64,000 nucleotides of DNA from a virus. Position numbers and translations under genes: made by a program. Every line of letters begins with the position of its first letter. Position 1 is the stretch's first letter. The notes under the pieces were generated by a model. The model was not told the DNA's origin. It made no database searches and was given only the letters and a program-made list of their open reading frames with translations. The DNA lies in the IMG/VR virus record IMGVR_UViG_3300030419_007903, positions 12,421 to 76,420 of that record. One strand, given 5' to 3'. Shown here one piece after another: positions 9,151-16,285 of this stretch.

Positions 9151-10356
9151 TTAAGCAAATAATTGATCGGGAGCTTCAATTCCACCTATAATAGTATAGA
9201 CAACTAATCCTTTTTTAGAAGTATGGTAGATGCCCCGATGAACGGTGGAACCCTCTCCCAACAGTCGCGTTAACTGTTCAAATCCATGCTCTAGGCTTTC
9301 TTGAGGAGTATTTTCTAAAGTGTCTTTATCTCCAATGACAACACATGCAGCAAATTTTCCAGTATTAACATCAATATTGGCTAAAATATTCTTCTTTAAA
9401 TTGTCCCGTACCGCATGGCTGATATCCGTTTCTTCAATGGTATCGCCGGAAGGCCTTACCGGAACAGCTCCGAAAGAAATAATTCCAGATGACATTACTG
9501 TATCTAAGTCAGCCTTATCAAAAGCAGTATATTCAGAATCTTGCGCCGCAATCTTATTAAATAAATGAAATAGGGAGCAAATACTAGTATTTGCTGTATT
9601 CCAAAATTTATTCACAGAAAGTTTCGGATAAAGATGTTTGATCCTCTCATTATCTAAAATAATTAAAGGTGATAAAGTGCCGTTAGTTGAATATTTAATT
9701 AAAGCGTCTGCTGTTTCCTTCGCGTTATTTTTAACGCGGGAACCTTCGGATTTAGTAGGTAAAGCTAGCACGGCCCCTACTTTTGCTTCATAATCAGACT
9801 GCTCTACGCCAAAAGTCTGACATAAATCGTGGCACACATCCACTACAATAGGGCCTCCGCCAGCCCCCGTACCTCCCCCAGCACCGATACATACTAGGAT
9901 GCGGTCAATGCTGCTGCTAAAAGCTTTCTTAAGAAAATCTAGAATATCTTCTTTGTGTTCCTCAAATATTTTTTGAGCTACTTTTCTATCTTTTCCTGCT
10001 CCAGCACCTCCGATGAGCAATTTATTTTTTTCGGGTAATGCTATAGGTTTTAAATCTTGAGCTGCCGTATTGATAACAGCTACTCTTCTGTAACCTAATT
10101 TCCAAAAAGTTTCCGCTAATCGGGAACCTCCTTGGCCCACTCCCACAACAGCAAATCTATAAGCACTATCAAATTCATCTTCAATAACAACTTCTTGCGT
10201 ATCTTCGGCAGAAGGAAGAGGAATGTCTGGTATATCTACCGCCAGTTCATCAACTTCCTCAATTAAATCGGCCTTGATCTCTTCTTTATTCTCAGAGGCC
10301 TCTACTTGATTGTTTTCTGGTTCTTCCATTTTATATTCAGCTAAGGTTGGCATCAT
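9151..10356 (-). CDS. Tubulin/FtsZ family GTPase (PhuZ/TubZ-like) with acidic N-terminal extension
   Basis: GVGQGG, INT, GAGKD, GGGTGAGG signature, LDN, FDKADL T7-like loop. Confidence 0.92.
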   Translation of the reverse strand: MMPTLAEYKMEEPENNQVEASENKEEIKADLIEEVDELAVDIPDIPLPSAEDTQEVVIEDEFDSAYRFAVVGVGQGGSRLAETFWKLGYRRVAVINTAAQDLKPIALPEKNKLLIGGAGAGKDRKVAQKIFEEHKEDILDFLKKAFSSSIDRILVCIGAGGGTGAGGGPIVVDVCHDLCQTFGVEQSDYEAKVGAVLALPTKSEGSRVKNNAKETADALIKYSTNGTLSPLIILDNERIKHLYPKLSVNKFWNTANTSICSLFHLFNKIAAQDSEYTAFDKADLDTVMSSGIISFGAVPVRPSGDTIEETDISHAVRDNLKKNILANIDVNTGKFAACVVIGDKDTLENTPQESLEHGFEQLTRLLGEGSTVHRGIYHTSKKGLVVYTIIGGIEAPDQLFA

Positions 10357-10361
10357 TTCTA

Positions 10362-10961
10362 TCAAAAAGGAGCGTCATCCTCTTCAATATTTACACGTGT
10401 TTCAGACTTTTTTTCTTTATTTTGAGTAGCTGGAGTAGACTTTGTTCCTCCATCGGCTCTATATTCCTCTTCTTGTTGAGCTTTTACGTCAAAAACTACC
10501 TGAAAATATCTCTCAATTAATTTTTTTAAAACCTCAGTTTCTCCCGGTTCTAAAGCAATTCTATAATTCTGATTGCCATTACGTGTCACTGCGAGTCCAA
10601 AAGCGGGAGATTTGTAAGTTTGATCGACTCCATCTTTCCCTTTGATTTTTCTTGGCTTGTCCCACGGTGCAAAACGAATAGTAGTAGTGTTATCATTATA
10701 ATTATGGTATGAATTCCATGGAATGCGAGAACTAATAGACGATAAAATTTCTCCTAGCTCAAAGTCGTTCAACTTAAAACTTACATTTTTGTCATCCGCA
10801 TCTTTATTTTTAATAAAACTGCCGGTCTTCTTTTTATCATCCCAGCTATGTTGTTGAATAGCATTGACATAAAAAACAGGCAGTTTGCCTTGCGTAGAAA
10901 CACGAAAACTGAAAGCACATCCAGTATTTTTAGAATTGGGCTTATAAATAGCTACGTTCAT
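10362..10961 (-). CDS. Putative ssDNA-binding protein (Whirly/PC4-like) with SSB-type acidic tail
   Basis: Two beta-sheet plus helix repeats (FKLNDFELGEIL; IALEPGETEVL); ends in EEDDAPF. Confidence 0.65.
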   Translation of the reverse strand: MNVAIYKPNSKNTGCAFSFRVSTQGKLPVFYVNAIQQHSWDDKKKTGSFIKNKDADDKNVSFKLNDFELGEILSSISSRIPWNSYHNYNDNTTTIRFAPWDKPRKIKGKDGVDQTYKSPAFGLAVTRNGNQNYRIALEPGETEVLKKLIERYFQVVFDVKAQQEEEYRADGGTKSTPATQNKEKKSETRVNIEEDDAPF

Positions 10962-10998
10962 TATGTCGGATAATAATGTTTTAAGGCAAAAAATCCAT

Positions 10999-11029
10999 AA
11001 AAAAATGCCCCCTTTAGAGGGGGCATTTT
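10999..11029. terminator. Intrinsic terminator (possibly bidirectional)
   Basis: AAAATGCCCCCT-TTAG-AGGGGGCATTTT perfect hairpin. Confidence 0.85.
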
Positions 11030-11056
11030 AATGAACTTAACAACTCAGCTGGAATG

Positions 11057-11377
11057 TCAAGCCTCGGGGCCAGCGTCAGTAACAGGAGTCACTTCTTCAG
11101 TACCTACAGAAGAACTAGTGGACGCAGCAGGCTCCTTGGCGTCATCGTTTTTCGGGGGATTTTCAAAAGTCTCAATATCCTTTAATATATTAGCCATAGC
11201 TGTTTCATCATCCTTAGCTTGTTCAAGGATTTCGTCTGCTCGCAACATACACGCATCTCTAATAACATTCAGGCATTCACTTAGCGCCACTCTATTGATT
11301 AAAAGATTCGCAAAGCGAGTCTTAAGCTCCTGATTGGGATCAGGCTTCTTAGCGTCCGATGTAATAGTATCTTCCAT
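11057..11377 (-). CDS. Hypothetical protein
   Basis: 106 aa; has its own sigma70-like promoter and a downstream terminator. Confidence 0.75.
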   Translation of the reverse strand: MEDTITSDAKKPDPNQELKTRFANLLINRVALSECLNVIRDACMLRADEILEQAKDDETAMANILKDIETFENPPKNDDAKEPAASTSSSVGTEEVTPVTDAGPEA

Positions 11378-11385
11378 AGATGCAG

Positions 11386-11413
11386 ATAATAAAGACTTAA
11401 GTTAAAATGTCAA
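11386..11413 (-). promoter_or_regulatory. Sigma70-type promoter
   Basis: TTGACA-16-TATTAT, 8 nt before ATG 11377. Confidence 0.7.
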
Positions 11414-11617
11414 CTAAAAAATTCCCAATATATCTCCTTGCCTAACATCATCCCAACTTGCAGTACCTTTGTGTTTTTTTTGTTGCTTAAATTGGCTATT
11501 GCAAACGGCTGCTCTTTGCTTGGGATCTGAAAATTCAGAGTTCATAATATCATCTCCCATGCAACGGCTCATGAATTCCTCTCTAGATTCGTCAGACTTT
11601 TTAGTGGGAAGAGGCAT
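11414..11617 (-). CDS. Small phage protein (MPLP..SRCM..QRAAVC type)
   Basis: Two-Cys motif that I recognise from phage hypothetical and head-associated proteins. Confidence 0.7.
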   Translation of the reverse strand: MPLPTKKSDESREEFMSRCMGDDIMNSEFSDPKQRAAVCNSQFKQQKKHKGTASWDDVRQGDILGIF

Positions 11618-11619
11618 GA

Positions 11620-13083
11620 TTAGCTGCTAGCTCCTTCCGCTGTAGAACTGTCGTCCCCCGAACTATACTGCCAATATTTCATAGGAGAAAATTTAGCTAA
11701 ATATGCAGATGCAAGTTGCTTGGCCGTAATAGGCTTTAAGAAAAAATTTATAGGAACACCACAGTCACCAGCGATTGCTTTTTGAACATAGTCATCAAAA
11801 GCTATCATAAGGCTATTTGTGTCGATTATTTTATTATTAGCATTATCAATTTTACCAAGATCAGAAACTACGCCAGAAACATAACTATTATTAAGCTCCA
11901 TGAAGCTTTGCCCTGTTCGCGCTTTAGATGCTTTAGAGGCAGTATTGTTTACGCCATCGTCAGTTGCTCCTTGTATTGCAGCTAGTTGCTTCATTACATC
12001 GGTGGCATGAGGTTGAAGAGTGGAAACTGTAGTTCTGATTTCTCCGGATTTAATAGTGGGAATAATGCCCATTGTGATTACAGACGCATGAGCTTGCACG
12101 TTAGAAGAAGATAAAAGCTCTTTAATCGAATTAGCAAATGAACCATCAACTCCAAATTTACCTTCCGAAGATGCAAGCCAACAATTTTCTTCAAAAGATG
12201 CTTCTAAATCAAAAGAAGATGAAGAGCTTGATTGATGGGACTGAGATTTTTCTGTTCTGACTAAATGCACCATTCCTACAAAAGAAGAGCCATGCGTCTG
12301 GCCTGAGAGTAAGAACATCTTAGCTTTTTCATCAGCTAAAGCTTTCGTAAGGCCTTCGTCAGTTGTGTCAATTTCTGATCCTTTATTATAAACATTCCAT
12401 GCCCGAATAGCTTTCTCTGGATCTATAATAAACGGAGCAAACATATCTGCCGCCTTATGAGTGCAATTTGCAGTAATTACTAAAGTGCCCTGAAGTTCAT
12501 GTGCTGATGATTGCGCTAATGCCGCGCTTTTAGCTGAAGCTCCTGCTTTAGATCCATACGTAGGCCCAAAGACAGATGATACTTGACCTGAGACATATGT
12601 CGCAATCGCATTGGAATGAGATTCTGTTCCATCGTTCTCTGATTCGTATCTAAAATATTGAGCATCCATCACCATAGAATCAGAGGATAAGTCCATCTTC
12701 TTAATGGCGGACTTGTTCCAATCAATGGGAGATTCAACTTCTTCGGAAATTATACTACTTGCAGCTTCTTTAGCTTTTTGAATGTTGACTTGAGATGAAG
12801 CGGTGATAGCAGCATATTCTACGGCAGCTTTAGCCATCTCTGATTTAGTCTTATCAACTTGCGCAGTTAATTTAGCCATATCTTTCGCGTCCACCTGCAT
12901 TTGAATCATTTCCTGTACCGTCATGTCAAGGCTTCGTTTGGAAAGAATCAACGAATTCAACTTCTCTTGTGCGATATTAACGGGTTTTTGAGCTGCGTCT
13001 ACGGCCTCAAGGGCTTGTATTTTCTTAGGATCGACAATATTCCCTAATACTAATGAGGGGTCGAAAGGTATTTGTGTTGGCAT
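11620..13083 (-). CDS. 487-aa protein with N-terminal coiled coil; candidate MACPF/CDC-like fold
   Basis: Start set at MPTQIPFDPSLVLGNIV; LSGQTHGSSFVG, Ser-rich amphipathic segment, GVPINFFLKPI. Confidence 0.55.
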   Translation of the reverse strand: MPTQIPFDPSLVLGNIVDPKKIQALEAVDAAQKPVNIAQEKLNSLILSKRSLDMTVQEMIQMQVDAKDMAKLTAQVDKTKSEMAKAAVEYAAITASSQVNIQKAKEAASSIISEEVESPIDWNKSAIKKMDLSSDSMVMDAQYFRYESENDGTESHSNAIATYVSGQVSSVFGPTYGSKAGASAKSAALAQSSAHELQGTLVITANCTHKAADMFAPFIIDPEKAIRAWNVYNKGSEIDTTDEGLTKALADEKAKMFLLSGQTHGSSFVGMVHLVRTEKSQSHQSSSSSSFDLEASFEENCWLASSEGKFGVDGSFANSIKELLSSSNVQAHASVITMGIIPTIKSGEIRTTVSTLQPHATDVMKQLAAIQGATDDGVNNTASKASKARTGQSFMELNNSYVSGVVSDLGKIDNANNKIIDTNSLMIAFDDYVQKAIAGDCGVPINFFLKPITAKQLASAYLAKFSPMKYWQYSSGDDSSTAEGASS

Positions 13084-13091
13084 AATATTAC

Positions 13092-13103
13092 TATATATTA
13101 CAC
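13092..13103 (-). promoter_or_regulatory. GTGTA-N3-TATA phage promoter motif
   Basis: GTGTAATATATA 8 nt before ATG 13083; recurs at four other gene starts. Confidence 0.65.
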
Positions 13104-13120
13104 ATAATACATTTAATTCC

Positions 13121-13149
13121 AAAAAAAAATGCACCAAATGGTGCATTTT
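13121..13149 (-). terminator. Intrinsic terminator
   Basis: AAAATGCACC-ATTT-GGTGCATTTT plus T run on the minus strand. Confidence 0.8.
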
Positions 13150-13171
13150 CATAAGATTTTAACCTGCTAGA

Positions 13172-13423
13172 TTAAGCTTCGTAATAAAAAATAGTCCCTA
13201 TTTGAGCGTTGGTTACGGCTCCGGTGACTAAAAGAGGATTATTATTAAAATTAGCGCCTCCACTGGCTACTACAACATCTACGCTGTTAGCTGTAAAATT
13301 AGCGGTAGCTGCGGTAATATAAATATTTTTATCCTCTCTAACGCCGAATCCGTCAGTGGTCTGCGTTGGATCGGCTATAGTTATAGCGTTGTTAATTTTA
13401 CATGGGCGATTGTCGTGTGCCAT
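13172..13423 (-). CDS. Hypothetical beta-rich protein (possibly virion-associated)
   Basis: 83 aa, Thr/Ala/Asn-rich. Confidence 0.65.
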   Translation of the reverse strand: MAHDNRPCKINNAITIADPTQTTDGFGVREDKNIYITAATANFTANSVDVVVASGGANFNNNPLLVTGAVTNAQIGTIFYYEA

Positions 13424-13436
13424 AATAATATAAAAT

Positions 13437-13613
13437 TTATTTTACGATTGTATCTCCCACTAATGAGTGATTCTCGCTAGGGTGGTCATAAACATTATCA
13501 CGGGCAGCGGGAGCTGGGGCCGGAGCTTCTGGAGCTGCTGCCTTGGGAGCTGCGGGTGGTACTGACGGAGTAGAGGCCGGGGCTGCAGGAGTTGGATTAT
13601 CCTCAAGTGCCAT
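13437..13613 (-). CDS. 58-aa Pro/Ala-rich disordered protein
   Basis: Own translation MALEDNPTPAAPASTPSVPPAAPKAAAPEAPAPAPAARD...; GGAGG upstream; fills the gap. Confidence 0.7.
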   Translation of the reverse strand: MALEDNPTPAAPASTPSVPPAAPKAAAPEAPAPAPAARDNVYDHPSENHSLVGDTIVK

Positions 13614-13616
13614 ACA

Positions 13617-13820
13617 TTAACCCTCCTTTTTGGTTTCGCCGTCGGCAGCCTTGGCTGCTTCAGATGTAACTCCTTGACGTAAAAATACTACCATAGCCGC
13701 AGCAAAAACTGCTTGAATAGTAGTAGATAAATCAACCTCTCCAGCAAAATATGCGCCGAGAGCCGTTAAAACCGCTGCACCAGCGGTGAAATAGGTCTTT
13801 TTACCTGAAAGTGCTTTCAT
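13617..13820 (-). CDS. Small two-TM membrane protein, holin-like
   Basis: LSGKKTY start, two hydrophobic segments, FLRQG, charged tail. Confidence 0.65.
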   Translation of the reverse strand: MKALSGKKTYFTAGAAVLTALGAYFAGEVDLSTTIQAVFAAAMVVFLRQGVTSEAAKAADGETKKEG

Positions 13821-13825
13821 ACTAG

Positions 13826-13837
13826 TATAATATACAC
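13826..13837 (-). promoter_or_regulatory. GTGTA-N3-TATA phage promoter motif
   Basis: GTGTATATTATA 5 nt before ATG 13820. Confidence 0.65.
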
Positions 13838-13843
13838 CTTAAA

Positions 13844-16285
13844 TTAAAAATCCACACAAACTTTATCAGATTTTTTGTCGTATTTTACAGAGAATTCTGT
13901 CTTCTGAGTATTAGCCACTATCTCTCGAGAAATAACATCTGACACCTCTCTTTGAATAATTCTTTTAATCGAGCGAGCACCAAATTCTTTATCGCTTACT
14001 TTTGTAAAAATAAAATTAGATAAGTTTCTGGAGAAACAAAGGGTAAGTCCATTATTACCCGCGCTTTCCTTCAGGTTTTTTAATTCATAATTAATTATAG
14101 ATCTTAAATTTGCATCAGATAATTTATTGAAAAATAAAACATCATCAAAACGATTGATTAATTCTAAAGGCAATAGTTTTTTAACTTCCTTAAAAGCGTC
14201 TTCTACATTTGACTCTTGCAAGTTTTCAGACCCAAATCCTAAAGATTGAGTTTTAGATAATTGAGCTGATCCTATATTTCCCGTAACTATAATAATTGAG
14301 TTATGAAAGCGACCTACGCGGCCATGCGAATCAGTCAGTCTACCTTCATCTAGAATCTGCAATAACATCTGATGAACTTTTGGGTGAGCTTTTTCTATTT
14401 CGTCAAACAAGATAACACAATGAGGATTTTTACACACCTTCTCTACTAGTAATCCTCCATTCTCGTGACCTATATAGCCCGGATTAGAGCCAGTTAACTT
14501 GGAAACACTAGATTCTTCAGAAAATTCAGACATGTCTAAGTGCATAAAGCTCTCTTTGCTCCCAAAAAAAGTACTGGCCAGCATTTTAGCTAAAAAAGTC
14601 TTGCCTACTCCAGTGGTGCCCAAAAATAAAAACGAACCAATAGGTCTATTTCCGTCTCGCAATCCACTTTTATGCCTCATTAAGCACTTAGAAATAGTTT
14701 CAACAGGCTTCTCTTGACCTACAATAACTTTTTTTAATTTTTTTTCTAAATATAGATACTTTTCTGTTTCTGATTTAAGAAACTCATCTAAAGGAATATT
14801 AGTTTTAGTAGAAAGTACTTCAAATAAATGATTACGAGTCAACTTATATTTGTTGGAGGTTATTTTATTCTGCCATGAAATTAACGCTTTTTTCAAAGCC
14901 TCAAAAGTCGTGGATTGATCGTCATTCATGTTTGTAAAAGAATTGCCAATTTTAGAGAAAGATTCCACTAATGAATTCTCAAGGTCTGCTATTTTTTTTG
15001 GTTTAACAATTTTTTTGACTTTGACGTGACTACATGCCAAGTCCATTAAATCAATTGCCTTGTCCGGAAATTGTGAATCAAGCATATAGCGATCTGAATA
15101 ATCGACTATGTCATTAAGTATTTCTTCAGAAATAGCAACTGAATGATATTCTTCATAAATAGTTTTTTTTCGTAAAAGAATCTCTAAAGTAGATTTTTTA
15201 CTAGGCTCATTAATAACCAAAGATTGGAATCTTCTTTGAAGAGCTTTATCTTTTGTGAATTTTTGCCGATATTCTTTGAATGTAGTAGCCCCTACAACTG
15301 TTATTTCTCCATTAGATAAGGCGGGCTTGAGTATATTAGCTGCATCTAAACCTCCCTCTGCGTCTCCAGCCCCGATTAAAGTATGAATTTCATCTATAAA
15401 TAATATAACAGAATCATGCTTTGCTTCTTCAATTACCTGTTTTATGCGGGCCTCAAACTCTCCACGGTATTTAGTACCGGCAAGCATAGAGCTTAAATTC
15501 AGTTCATAAAAAATTTTGTCGTTAAGAAAAAATGAAGATTTATTGCGGACAATGTTTTGAACTAATGCTTCTACCACAGCAGTCTTGCCCACTCCAGCTT
15601 CTCCGATAATAATAGCGTTATTCTTCTTTCTCCTGTTTAAAATATCCTCAAGCTTGCTAACTTCTTCTTCTCTGCCGTAAACGGGATCAAGTTTATTTTC
15701 TAAAGCTTTTTGAGTCATATTTGTTCCCAACTTATCTAGCAGCGCAAAATGCTGACGCTGACTAGAAGAGCTAATCATATCTTGAACAGTCCCTTCATTC
15801 ATAGAGCTCGAAATATCATTGCTATCTTCAGCATCACACAAATAATCTAAAACTTTTGTAGTGACAAAGTTCATATCAACACCAAGAAAGACTAATATCT
15901 CGTCCGGAATTAATGCTATATCTTTAAATATAGCCATAAAAATATGCTCAGCGCTCACCCATGAATGAGACAAATCTTGCGCCAACTGAGTCGCGTTTTT
16001 TAACACTTCTTTTAACTCGGCAGAAAGCTTGAATTCATCGGGTTTTAATTTCTCTGGCTGCTCCACCAAAACAGTTGCGTATAGGTGATGTCGGAAATTA
16101 TTGAGGTCCAGACCGGCCTCAACTAAAACTTCAATGCATCGACTTTTCTTCAATTCAAAGAATGCTGCAAATAAATGTGCCACACCTACATCTGTGTAGT
16201 TGAGTTCTTGCGCTATCTTCTTACAAAGCTGCAACAGCTTTTGCGAGCGAGGGGTAAAATTAATATCTTGGTTATCTAGCGTCAT
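13844..16285 (-). CDS. clpC: ClpA/ClpC-type AAA+ unfoldase
   Basis: Clp N-terminal repeats, GEAGVGKT/FIDEIH, GTTGVGKT/LFDEIEKAH, SLGF ClpP-docking loop. Confidence 0.92.
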   Translation of the reverse strand: MTLDNQDINFTPRSQKLLQLCKKIAQELNYTDVGVAHLFAAFFELKKSRCIEVLVEAGLDLNNFRHHLYATVLVEQPEKLKPDEFKLSAELKEVLKNATQLAQDLSHSWVSAEHIFMAIFKDIALIPDEILVFLGVDMNFVTTKVLDYLCDAEDSNDISSSMNEGTVQDMISSSSQRQHFALLDKLGTNMTQKALENKLDPVYGREEEVSKLEDILNRRKKNNAIIIGEAGVGKTAVVEALVQNIVRNKSSFFLNDKIFYELNLSSMLAGTKYRGEFEARIKQVIEEAKHDSVILFIDEIHTLIGAGDAEGGLDAANILKPALSNGEITVVGATTFKEYRQKFTKDKALQRRFQSLVINEPSKKSTLEILLRKKTIYEEYHSVAISEEILNDIVDYSDRYMLDSQFPDKAIDLMDLACSHVKVKKIVKPKKIADLENSLVESFSKIGNSFTNMNDDQSTTFEALKKALISWQNKITSNKYKLTRNHLFEVLSTKTNIPLDEFLKSETEKYLYLEKKLKKVIVGQEKPVETISKCLMRHKSGLRDGNRPIGSFLFLGTTGVGKTFLAKMLASTFFGSKESFMHLDMSEFSEESSVSKLTGSNPGYIGHENGGLLVEKVCKNPHCVILFDEIEKAHPKVHQMLLQILDEGRLTDSHGRVGRFHNSIIIVTGNIGSAQLSKTQSLGFGSENLQESNVEDAFKEVKKLLPLELINRFDDVLFFNKLSDANLRSIINYELKNLKESAGNNGLTLCFSRNLSNFIFTKVSDKEFGARSIKRIIQREVSDVISREIVANTQKTEFSVKYDKKSDKVCVDF

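Noticed and set aside
9151-10356. Calling the GTPase ftsZ or inferring a phage nucleus
   Set aside because: It lacks the FtsZ C-terminal linker and peptide and any dcw context; no shell protein gene is visible here
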